In this document: piece after piece, positions 20,706 to 28,780 of the stretch
Numbering within the stretch: the first letter of the stretch is position 1
How the letters are laid out: every line of letters begins with the position of its first letter
IMG/VR virus record: IMGVR_UViG_3300045988_143923
Reading direction: 5' to 3' (one strand)
Source: a virus
Length of the DNA: 64,000 nt
The notes under the pieces: model-generated
Database searches by the model: none
Told to the model about the DNA's origin: nothing
Seen by the model: only the letters and a program-made list of their open reading frames with translations
Program-made: the position numbers and the translations under genes

Positions 20706-20944
20706 GCCTGATCTACGTCACTAAGTTGATCATAAACGCCGGCAATTTCGCGCATAATCTGCGTTGTACTCTTAAATTGAGTGCCTGCCTCGTCGGCCAT
20801 GATGTCAACTTTGTCGTGGGTTAAAGTTTTGATGGTTTCGCGAAGCTCGCTCACAGAGTTTGCCATACCATCCGTTTCGATTCCGGCCTCTTCAGCATCA
20901 GCTTTAGCGGCACGGAGGTACATACTAAGAGTTTTAGCCCATGT
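20706..20944 (-). CDS. tape measure protein, exon 5
   Basis: TWAKTLSMYLRAAKADAEEAGIETDGMANS...QLSDVDQA, the central TMP core, lying inside ORF 20669..20980. Confidence 0.7.
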
Positions 20945-21132
20945 CAATCTGTTACTTTCGGCGGGTCGCCTACTGACCACTTTTGTGGCGGCAAGGCCGT
21001 TAAACCTTGCTCTCGCGTTTCGTTGTTAGATTATAGCGCGAGTTCGGACTGTATCTTCACCCCAGAGCGGGGGAATGGCGAAGCCCCGCTTGTTACCAAG
21101 CGGGGCTTTACAGTCTCTACGGATATTAAAAT

Positions 21133-21660
21133 TTAAGTTATTGGAATGCTGACCGGTTCATCGAAAGAATATAGATCATGATCATTATCCATATAATATA
21201 CTAAATTTGCACTAGTTATATTATCTCGATCATCCCAATGTTCATTGTTACTATCTATGCTCAAAAATCCATCAAATGTTTGATCTGGGGCTAATAAGCC
21301 CGTATGCGTAAAACCTTCGGAGTAAACAATATTCCCGTTTGAATCCAATAAATCTGCACCAATAAGCGGAGATTTCAAAGCAGATCCAGAAATATTTTTT
21401 ATTTTGAAGTAAAAATACATTACAGATTCGCTCTCGTAATTTTCGCATTTTTTAGTTTGAAATGTAACTTCCAAAGGTATATCCACAGGACTAGTTTCAG
21501 GCTTAGCATCAGATTCATCTATTACCGTATATGTTGTAGCTGGAGATTCATCTTGAGCAGGCTCAGCTTTCTCAACGGATTCCTTCCCGCAACCGCAAAA
21601 GCTAAGCGTAGTTATAATAGCCAACAATATAAGGTGGCGTTTTCTTTTCATATTTCTCAC
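21133..21660 (-). CDS. putative lipoprotein encoded inside intron 4
   Basis: 175 aa. Signal peptide MRNMKRKRHLILLAIITTLSFCGC with a lipobox-like LSFCGC, followed by a beta-rich Ig-like domain. Markedly AT-rich. RBS AAAGGGTGAG. Confidence 0.75.
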   Translation of the reverse strand: MRNMKRKRHLILLAIITTLSFCGCGKESVEKAEPAQDESPATTYTVIDESDAKPETSPVDIPLEVTFQTKKCENYESESVMYFYFKIKNISGSALKSPLIGADLLDSNGNIVYSEGFTHTGLLAPDQTFDGFLSIDSNNEHWDDRDNITSANLVYYMDNDHDLYSFDEPVSIPIT

Positions 21661-21673
21661 CCTTTCAACTTTA

Positions 21674-21701
21674 ATTATACATTAAAAGAAGAAAAAGTAA
21701 A
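21674..21701 (-). promoter_or_regulatory. candidate SigA promoter for the intron-borne lipoprotein gene
   Basis: Minus-sense TTTACT, 16 nt, TATAAT, ending about 25 nt upstream of the ATG. Confidence 0.45.
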
Positions 21702-21803
21702 TCTTAAATTTTAATCTTTCCTCGGTCTGAACCGTCTCCGGCCTTTAACCGATATAGCCATTTGCTTGCTCGCATATTACTATGCGGCTGGGCGCATGGA
21801 TTC

Positions 21804-21825
21804 ACCCACTGTATCAGGATCTTGT
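21804..21825 (-). CDS. tape measure protein, micro-exon 4 (QDPDTVG)
   Basis: A 22-nt segment that completes the Val codon and then encodes QDPDTVG, the conserved TMP core motif expected between ...TAANEV and GT.AKT. Confidence 0.6.
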
Positions 21826-22108
21826 CGTTTCTGTTACTTGTTAGCGCTGATATACCACTAATCTGACCGCAAAGCGGCGGCAAGGTCTTTCGGCCTTACT
21901 CTCACGTTTCCTTTCATTATTGCGTGAGTCCGGACTGTATATTACACCCTTCCCAGAGGAGTGGGGTGGATTGGTTCAGCTCTGGTGTTACCATCAGAAC
22001 CCCGCAGTCTCTACGGATATTGCTACCCACGGTCTCTGCTGTCGCCAGCCTTTGACCGTTTTACCAATCTGCTTGCGAACGTATTACTACGCCGCGTGGC
22101 AAAGATCT
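21826..22108 (-). ncRNA. group I-type intron 3 (family B)
   Basis: P1 is GUGGU|...GCCAC with a U.G pair. Core GAGACUG ... UAAUAUACAGUCCGGACUC (21926-21949). 3' end AGUAACAGAAACG. Confidence 0.7.
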
Positions 22109-22214
22109 ACCACTTCGTTTGCTGCTGTTACGAGGCCCAAACTCTCATCGAGAGAGTTGCCGCCTGCGTACAGAGCTGCTGCTGATCTTTTAAGAGCTTC
22201 GCCAAGCCCTTCTG
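22109..22214 (-). CDS. tape measure protein, exon 3
   Basis: Encodes (S)EGLGEALKRSAAALYAGGNSLDESLGLVTAANEV(V), a canonical TMP core. It is not part of any ORF in the track. Confidence 0.7.
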
Positions 22215-22556
22215 CGTACCTTTAGCGCGGGTCGTTACTCCGCACCGACATAAAGTCCTCCGTCTTTCAACGGAGCCGAGATCATATCTTCACCCCATAG
22301 GGTGCCTACCACTTTCAGAGCACTCGCCCCTACTTTGATCGTTGAACCTTCCTCTGTTCGAGGCTTGGCTGCTGATTATCCATTGTCACGGCGTTTAGGG
22401 TTTAACCTTGCGCCATCTCTCATTTTTTTTCTGCTTTCGCCGCATTCACGTTTGCGCCTGTTCGGCACTGCGTTGTAGCATGAGAGCTTTAGGACGTCCC
22501 AGCAATTCAATAGGTGATTTTGCGAACACATTTCTGTGAACGAAGTCCAATGATTA
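22215..22556 (-). ncRNA. group I-type intron 2 (family A)
   Basis: P1 is AAGUU|U...GGACUU. Core CGAUCA ... GAAGAUAUGAUCUCGGCUC (22273-22295). It shares blocks with introns 5 and 6 (ACAGAAAUGUG, GUGACAAUGG, CAGCCAAGC). Confidence 0.7.
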
Positions 22557-22579
22557 AACTTATCGCGTAGTTGTTTCCG
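22557..22579 (-). CDS. tape measure protein, micro-exon 2 (GNNYAIS)
   Basis: A 23-nt segment. Joining it gives ...DRFNEV-GNNYAIS-SEGLGEAL..., which matches the usual TMP core. Confidence 0.6.
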
Positions 22580-22856
22580 CTGTTTGTTACTTTTTTCCTT
22601 AAAAACGAAAAGAACAGGTCATTTCTGCCTGTTTCTGCAATTTCATTATTCGATTATATTTGCAGACCCGACTATATCTTCACCTCCAAAAAAGGAGGGG
22701 ATGGCATGACTCTGCACGTTACCGTGCAAAATCGGTTAGTCTGTACGGATTCTTGTGGTCAAACACAAGTCTTTCCTCGGTATTGCCCATCTCTGGGTGT
22801 TCACCGATATAGCCATCTTTTACGCTGCACATCGCTGTGCAGGGAGGCCGGTCAAA
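22580..22856 (-). ncRNA. group I-type intron 1 (family B-like)
   Basis: P1 is GAGGU|...GCCUC. P2 CUGCAC/GUGCAG. P3 AUCGGU/ACCGAU. P7 CAGACUA/UAGUC. P8 UGCACG-GUAA-CGUGCA. Core GAAGAUAUAGUCGGGUC (22663-22687). 3' end AGUAACAAACAG. Confidence 0.75.
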
Positions 22857-24532
22857 ACCTCATTGAAACGGTCTACGACGCTTCCAACATCATCAGCAGC
22901 AAGATGGAAGCCCTGCAGAGTAGAAACAAGCGACTGTGCCGCGTCCTCAATGTTCGTGTATTCCGACACGTTCATATATTTGGTCGCCCAGTCGCCAAGA
23001 TTGGAGGCATCCTCCAAATTAAATCCGAGTCGGCTAAACTCAGATGTTGCTCCAATTACATCCGTAATCGAAGCGCCGAGGCTCTTCGCGCGTTCACCAG
23101 CGCTGTCAAGATAATTAGCGTAATCCTGACTTGAACCTTCCGAAACCTTTTTCAGGTCGGTCATCGCCGTGTCAACGTCGATAACATTCTGGAGCGTCTG
23201 CTGTAAGCCATTCTGCAATAAGTGCAGTCCTGCCATCGCAATAGCCGTGTTAAAGTGATCCTTGAACAGGCGAGTCAGCTTCTGCCCGACAGTTTCAGAC
23301 GTAAACCCGAGTTCTTCCATACTGGAGCGAACAGATGCGAGGTCTCTTTGAAGTCCCTCAACGCTATCACCTTCGCCCGGGTTTCTCGCACGGCTCATAA
23401 TGTTCCGCAGTTCGCCTTGAAAATAAGAACCCGCCGCTTTTGGGTTATTTTTAAGTGTTTCGCTGGCCTGCCGATAAATGTTCGCCAAATGTTCCTGCGA
23501 TCTCTGAGAACGAACGGTCGCAGTTTGCTTAGCATTAAACAAATCTGCCTGTGCGCTCGCATCAGCCCACGCGGAACGGAGTCCATTCAGGCCCTGCTCC
23601 AGCTCATAAGTACCGGCCGCCGCATTCTGGAAAACAGATTTTGCATTCTCGAATGCCGTCCAATCATAATTCTGCAGCGTCCCTTTATCTTTTAGAGCCT
23701 GAAGCTGCGTTATATATTTCTGGCCGGATGCCAAAACATTATCAGTAACCGACTGAGAGTTCTGTCTGGACACTGTAGTCCACATCTTCTTGATGTTTTT
23801 CTCAAGCGCGTACTTCTCTGGCGTAAAATCCGCCATGCTCTTGTACTGTTTGAGCATCTTATCAAGGCTGGCTACATTCTCCTCACCAAAAAGGTTACCC
23901 TTCTTGAGCTTTCCAAACTTAGAGCTAATCTGCTGAACATCCAACATAGATCGCTCGGCCTTTTCTGCAGCCTTCAAATTGTTGCGAGAGAACGCAATAT
24001 TGGTCGCCTGCTGTGCCTCTTTCAGAGCGTTAACGCTTTCTACAGTTCCCTTGGTCGTTGACTCAAACTTCTTCATCGCGGTTTCAGCCGCCGAGATAGC
24101 CTTTGAATCGATAGGACTCGGCATGTTCTTCAGATACGACATCGTCTGTCTCAAGCCGGTCGCCTGACGCTCCATTGTACGCAACTGCCGTTCCGCAGCC
24201 TTCTCTGCGTCTGTTTTGCCCGATGTGGAGCTTTTAGACGAGCTGCTCTTTGTGGTAGAGGAGCGGGTCGAAGCCGCAGAAGACTTAGCTTTGCCGGAGC
24301 TGTTTGTTCCAGTTCCGGCCGCCGAGATAGCCTTTTTAATCTGAGCAGTGATATTGGCAGTATCAACGTTTACTTTCAGCTTGGTTGAGGAAGCGTTTTT
24401 GATTGCTGAACTGATACTTTTCTGCAGAGCTGCAGCATCAACTTGAATTGGAAAATCCTTGTAGTTACTGAGGGCGCTTTCGAGTTTGTCAAAATTAGGG
24501 ATAAGTTCGACAGTAACGCCTAAATCAGCCAT
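22857..24532 (-). CDS. tape measure protein, exon 1
   Basis: ORF 22820..24532 runs MADLGVTVEL...SVVDRFNEV and then reads into the intron (LTGLPAQRCAA stop). RBS AAGGAAGGTGA. Confidence 0.8.
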
Positions 24533-24548
24533 AAATTCACCTTCCTTA

Positions 24549-24611
24549 TAGCAAAAAAGCCGCGGAAAGGCGCGGCTAAAATAAAAGAAGCACCACGGAA
24601 ACGTGGTGCTT
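24549..24611 (-). terminator. two tandem rho-independent terminators
   Basis: In the minus sense, GCACCACG-TTTC-CGTGGTGC followed by a T-run (24588-24611), then AGCCGCG-CCTTTC-CGCGGCT followed by TTTTTT (24552-24577). Both lie between the membrane ORF and the TMP start. Confidence 0.6.
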
Positions 24612-24621
24612 GGGAATCTTC

Positions 24622-25209
24622 TTAAATTTTAGAACTGTTCTTGGGATATTTAATTTCGACCCGAGAAATTTTCGCAGTGTCTAACGCAATTTTTCGAGTG
24701 TCGTCTTCTTTGTAATCAAATATCGGTTCATCCGCATGTGATTCGCTACCCTGATATTTTTTGTAATTAGTTAAAACAATCCACTGTCGGCCATCCTCGC
24801 TTTTGTGATCTTCTGTAAAATATCCACGATAAGACACATCAGAATCACTTAGATATACGCGGAGCGTAGTTCCTTTTTCGAAGTCGGATATTGCATACCA
24901 GACATCTTCTTCGAGCGTTTTATAGAAGAATTGGTCGAGAATACATGATACAAATTCAGAATTGCGGAGAATGCCACCAACGAACCCGAAAGCAAAAGAA
25001 AATGCAAGGATTGCTAAAATACTAATTTGAGGATAAACAGAGCGAAGAACGACAGTCAGAACATAGCTCCAAATAATTGTAGTTGCGGAGAAAATATCTC
25101 TTTTAGCCGAATAGCGTGCTGTCAGTTTATATGCGAACATAAAAACAGTAGCAGGCACAAAATATACCATTATTTTGTCGAGATTTTCTAAAATATACTC
25201 AATGTTCAT
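24622..25209 (-). CDS. AT-rich integral membrane protein (moron candidate)
   Basis: 195 aa with three or four N-terminal TM helices and a soluble C-terminal domain. Lower GC than its neighbours and followed by its own terminators. Confidence 0.65.
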   Translation of the reverse strand: MNIEYILENLDKIMVYFVPATVFMFAYKLTARYSAKRDIFSATTIIWSYVLTVVLRSVYPQISILAILAFSFAFGFVGGILRNSEFVSCILDQFFYKTLEEDVWYAISDFEKGTTLRVYLSDSDVSYRGYFTEDHKSEDGRQWIVLTNYKKYQGSESHADEPIFDYKEDDTRKIALDTAKISRVEIKYPKNSSKI

Positions 25210-25217
25210 AGATGCTC

Positions 25218-25424
25218 CTATTCATCATCGATAGGTTTGCGACGCTTTCCACCACACACAAGGCGTGCGGGCTTTGTAAATCCACGGCGAGCATGTCGTT
25301 TGCATTGCCCTTTGAAGCATCCGTAAATACGGATATTGGAAGTCCTGCGATGATTATCGCTCATATACCAACCGTGCATATTGCTGCTGGTTCGAATTCT
25401 TCCTCTAACAGTCTTCCGTTTCAT
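25218..25424 (-). CDS. small highly basic protein
   Basis: About 68 aa starting at MKRKTVRGRIR after the RBS GGCGGAG. Arg/Lys-rich with no recognisable family. It may not be a real gene. Confidence 0.3.
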   Translation of the reverse strand: MKRKTVRGRIRTSSNMHGWYMSDNHRRTSNIRIYGCFKGQCKRHARRGFTKPARLVCGGKRRKPIDDE

Positions 25425-25486
25425 AATATCTCCGCCAATCTTTATTTCTGGAGACATTATACATCTTTCCGTTTCGCCTGTCTACT

Positions 25487-26677
25487 TTATTTGAACAGCT
25501 CAGCGAACAGTTTACTTGCGCTGCTTCTTACATCCTCATCAAGGTAAATGCACCCGAAGGACTTCTCGCCGCGCAGTTCATTACACATCTTTACCAGTGG
25601 ATTGTTCGCAGTTCTGTCCACTAGTGACTGACCATAATCGCCGCTCAAGAAGATACGGCTGTTCTGTCCGAGACGGGTTCCTACAAGTCGAATCTGTGCT
25701 TCAGACAAGTCTTCCGCCTCGTCCACAAGCATAATCGTGTCGTTGTAGGTTGTACCCTTCATATAATAGGGGATGTTCGTATCAAGCTGGCCGCGCTGAC
25801 GAAGAGCTTCAAGCTCAAACTCGCCGCCCTTTAGCTGCTGTTCAATCGGCAGAAAGAAGTTGCGCGTCTTGTCCTCAAGCGTACCCTTCAAATAGCCGAC
25901 CGGAGCGCCTTCACCGGCAGGCTCACGAATTCCCAACAGCTTGCTCTGGTTGCCCTTTTCGAGCACATGATATAGCCCCATCTGGGTGGTCAGAAAAGAC
26001 TTGCCGCTGCCGTAAGTGCCGAGAATTGCTACAATGTCAATATCACGGTTCATCAGCAGGTCGAGAGCACATCGCTGAAGCGAGTTCTTTCCCTTGAGAT
26101 AGCCGGACGGCGGCAAACGCAGTTCAACAAACTTCTCGCCGTCGAATCGCATTTCGCTCGTCTTGCCGGTCTCCGTGTCCGTCAGCAGAAGATACTGATT
26201 CGGGAACAGGGCAGCGGTGTCGAGCTGCTCCATGTACTGGTTGATTTCATCAGAAGTACCCGCGAACTGAACATATCCGGTATAGACATCATCCTCTACA
26301 TCAGAAGATGCTACTTCCATGTGATACAGCCCCCGCGCAATACAGCGACAGGAGAGGTCATCCGTCACGAATACAATCGGCTCTGCCGCGCGGGTCTGTG
26401 CCGCATCGTAGCAGATTAGGTAATCCGGAGAACCGTCATGCAGAGCAATAGAAGTGCTCGGAATCACCGTGGCGTAGTTTGCTACCGTATACATCTCTGG
26501 GTGACTGTCCAGTAGTCGGGTCACCTTGCGAGCCTTATGCTTGACCTCGGCATCCTTGCTGCGGCTGGTCTTGATATTCTCCAGCTCACGCAACGTCACC
26601 ATAGAGATGTAAAAAGGCTCCGCGAACGCACGTTCACCGGCGTTCAGCAGAGCACAAGTGTCATAGAATTTCTTCAT
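25487..26677 (-). CDS. phoH: PIN-domain PhoH-like ATPase (YlaK-like)
   Basis: 396 aa. N-terminal PIN-like region (FYDTCALL...). Walker A GTYGSGKS and Walker B-like IMLVDEAED. Confidence 0.75.
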   Translation of the reverse strand: MKKFYDTCALLNAGERAFAEPFYISMVTLRELENIKTSRSKDAEVKHKARKVTRLLDSHPEMYTVANYATVIPSTSIALHDGSPDYLICYDAAQTRAAEPIVFVTDDLSCRCIARGLYHMEVASSDVEDDVYTGYVQFAGTSDEINQYMEQLDTAALFPNQYLLLTDTETGKTSEMRFDGEKFVELRLPPSGYLKGKNSLQRCALDLLMNRDIDIVAILGTYGSGKSFLTTQMGLYHVLEKGNQSKLLGIREPAGEGAPVGYLKGTLEDKTRNFFLPIEQQLKGGEFELEALRQRGQLDTNIPYYMKGTTYNDTIMLVDEAEDLSEAQIRLVGTRLGQNSRIFLSGDYGQSLVDRTANNPLVKMCNELRGEKSFGCIYLDEDVRSSASKLFAELFK

Positions 26678-27258
26678 GCGCCAATTACCTCATCCACAAG
26701 ACCATACTTGAGCATATCATCCGAGTCCATGTACCACTCGTAGCGTTCCATGCGTTCGTATTCATCCTCCGTGATCTTGGAATGAGAGAGTGTGTAGTCG
26801 CGAAGACGCTGTTCAAAGCGTTCCGTAAACTTAAACGTATCCTTCACCGATGAGCTCGTGCCTTCCATATAACTGGAGCCACCGTGCAGCAGGGCAGTAG
26901 AGTGCTTGAAGCACTTCTTGGTTACGTTTGGGTTACTGTATCCGGCCATCAGAAAATAGCCGCCCATCGAATAGGCGTGGCCGGTCACCAAAATGGTTGT
27001 CGGAGTCTTGAGATTGTCAATAATATCACAAAGAGGCATGCCGTCAAACAGCGAGCCGCCACAGGTGTTCAGTACAATCGTGATTGGCTTGCCACTGCCG
27101 TCGTTGTCCATCTCCAGCAAGGGGAGCATAACACTCTCGACAATGCGGTCGTCAACCTCATCGTTGAATACGATGCGGCGATCCTGCAAACCCTTAAAAT
27201 ACTGATAGGTGGACGGGTCCATTGCGTCTTTTGCAATATTCTCCAGAAAAAGTTCCAT
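26674..27258 (-). CDS. ClpP-family serine protease
   Basis: 194 aa. LNTCGGSLFDGMPLCDII...GHAYSMGGYFLMAG matches the ClpP/S14 core. There is a 4-nt overlap with the PhoH-like gene. Confidence 0.7.
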   Translation of the reverse strand: MELFLENIAKDAMDPSTYQYFKGLQDRRIVFNDEVDDRIVESVMLPLLEMDNDGSGKPITIVLNTCGGSLFDGMPLCDIIDNLKTPTTILVTGHAYSMGGYFLMAGYSNPNVTKKCFKHSTALLHGGSSYMEGTSSSVKDTFKFTERFEQRLRDYTLSHSKITEDEYERMERYEWYMDSDDMLKYGLVDEVIGA

Positions 27259-27320
27259 TTATGGTCTCCTTAAATTTTGAAAGATTTTTGAGCGAATGCT
27301 CATTAGTGTGAGGGAATCCC

Positions 27321-27758
27321 TCAAATGTTGGCTAAAAAGCCGGCGCGAACCACAGAAATAAGCTCGCTGGAACCGTTAAGGTCTGCAACCGCAGCGTCAT
27401 AGAATTTACGCGGGTGCATCCATGGGTAATCTGCATTGTTAAATACGTTCGGCGCACCAGTGTCGTTAATCATCTGGGCGAAATATCCGGGGCCCGGAGG
27501 GCTGCCGCTCCTCTGCGGTGTGTTTGCAGAGCTGATATCATAAATGCGAAGATTGTACCCACTTGGGATGAGTGCAAACGTAGTGCCAAGCGTATTTCGA
27601 CGGGAATACATAACAGGTGAGTAACTGCCGTAAACAACTTCCTGTGCTTTTTCTCGAATTTTATGCTCAACCAGCGTTGCAACCTGATTGCGTAGGGTTA
27701 CTTGTGCCGATCTCTTAGCAGCAGCTTCCAGAGCTGCAAGACTCTTAAAGGTTTTCAT
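27321..27758 (-). CDS. HK97 gp10-like head-tail/tail-completion protein
   Basis: 145 aa. The pattern ...AQEVVYGSYSPVMYSRRNTLG... resembles the gp10 family. Confidence 0.45.
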   Translation of the reverse strand: MKTFKSLAALEAAAKRSAQVTLRNQVATLVEHKIREKAQEVVYGSYSPVMYSRRNTLGTTFALIPSGYNLRIYDISSANTPQRSGSPPGPGYFAQMINDTGAPNVFNNADYPWMHPRKFYDAAVADLNGSSELISVVRAGFLANI

Positions 27759-27772
27759 AAGTCAGCCTCCAA

Positions 27773-28780
27773 TCACTTTTCGGCTTCTTCTGCCTCCGCA
27801 GCGCGTTTGTTTTCAAAGAACTTGCTCAGTCGCTCGCTGGCTGGCACATCGTTATAAACCTGTACCATCGCGCTGTTCGCCCAGCCGACCACATCGGTAA
27901 TATCGCTCTCAGACATACCGTCACGCACCAGATTGGACACAAAAAGGTGCCGCATAGAGTGCCAGTAGAACGGCTTAACCGTGAATCGGTCAATCGTCTG
28001 TGCCCAGCTGTTCAAAGTCTCGGCCGAAGCCTGCTCGTAACCCTTATCGGTTTTGGTCACGAACAGCCATTCGCTGTTAATGCTGAGGTCTTTACGCTGC
28101 TGTAACCAGCGTTTCAGGTACGGGTCAAATCCTGATTTTATAACGTAGCAGTCGATCATCTTCGCACCCTTGGTCAAAACCTTCTCGGGAGTGCAGTAAA
28201 AATAGTCAAAAACCACGTTTTCAGGCTTAAACCAGTCCACTTTGAATCGAGTCAGTTCAGCCTTTCGGCGACCGCTGTAGACTGCCAGAGCGAGAGCACA
28301 GGCAATCTGAAACTTGCCCGCCTCAGTCAGTTTCTGCAGAATAACCTCCATCTCCTCGGTGGAGAAGACGCTCTTCTCACGGACAGGCGTATTCTGTGGG
28401 TTCTCAATCTTGCGGATGATCGGACGGAAGTCCTCGTATTCATCGTCAAGGATGTTCTCGATGTAGTTCGAGAGAGAAGAAAGCGCCGCCTTTACACGGC
28501 GCACACGGGCAGGGGAGTTGCCGTTCTCGTTGATGAGCCAGTTCTGTAGAGAAACAATCTCTCGCTTTTTCAAATCAATGAACGACTTATTTCCGCAGTG
28601 CTGGAGCACATAAGTGAATACGATAAGCAGGTCGCTCTTGTATCCTTTAATCGTGCCTTCACTGCGTTTTAGAGAACGAAGATACTCCAGAAAATCATTC
28701 ATCAACTGAATGTTCTCCGGATTTATCTGCTTCGTCAGCTCCGGAGAGGTCAGCTTGTTCATCTGTGTCTGGCGTCCCAT
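27773..28780 (-). CDS. int: tyrosine recombinase / integrase
   Basis: Start refined to MGRQTQ after the RBS GGAAAGGAGGG. SAM-like N-domain (EGTIKGYKSDL). C-terminal catalytic region with HSMRHLF and GWANSAMVQVY. Confidence 0.8.
   Translation of the reverse strand: MGRQTQMNKLTSPELTKQINPENIQLMNDFLEYLRSLKRSEGTIKGYKSDLLIVFTYVLQHCGNKSFIDLKKREIVSLQNWLINENGNSPARVRRVKAALSSLSNYIENILDDEYEDFRPIIRKIENPQNTPVREKSVFSTEEMEVILQKLTEAGKFQIACALALAVYSGRRKAELTRFKVDWFKPENVVFDYFYCTPEKVLTKGAKMIDCYVIKSGFDPYLKRWLQQRKDLSINSEWLFVTKTDKGYEQASAETLNSWAQTIDRFTVKPFYWHSMRHLFVSNLVRDGMSESDITDVVGWANSAMVQVYNDVPASERLSKFFENKRAAEAEEAEK

Larger units (their letters stand above)
20945..21803 (-). ncRNA. group I-type intron 4 (family B) with an inserted ORF
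   Basis: P1 is UGGGU|...GCCCA. Core GAGACUG ... GAAGAUACAGUCCGAACUC (21040-21064). 3' end AGUAACAGAUUG. Homologous to intron 3 apart from a roughly 590-nt insertion. Confidence 0.7.
13603..24532 (-). other. split tail tape measure gene (7 exons, 6 group I-type introns; spliced ORF about 2787 codons)
   Basis: Three ORFs plus four micro-exons reconstruct one TP901/PF10145-type TMP. The summed exon length is 8364 nt, which keeps the frame. Confidence 0.75.

Noticed and set aside
19866-22856. Intein or programmed frameshift/bypass as the explanation for the fragmented tape measure gene
   Set aside because: The gaps contain stops in all frames and show no intein blocks. They are far longer than known bypass or frameshift sites (277-859 nt). 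They also carry group I core motifs, P1 U.G pairs and terminal G residues.
19870-22860. ORFs inside the TMP introns (for example 20074..20295, 20446..20643, 21920..22225, 22571..23134) as possible homing endonucleases
   Set aside because: None shows LAGLIDADG, GIY-YIG, HNH or His-Cys box motifs. They overlap conserved ribozyme core elements or lie on the wrong strand. Only the lipoprotein ORF 21133..21660 has start signals and a protein-like sequence.
24533-27320. Expected tail assembly chaperone pair with a -1 frameshift immediately upstream of the tape measure gene
   Set aside because: The ORFs found there are a membrane protein, a basic peptide, PIN-PhoH and ClpP-like genes. No slippery heptamer with overlapping ORFs was seen. 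The chaperones may be 28695..29360 or may lie elsewhere, so none was annotated.
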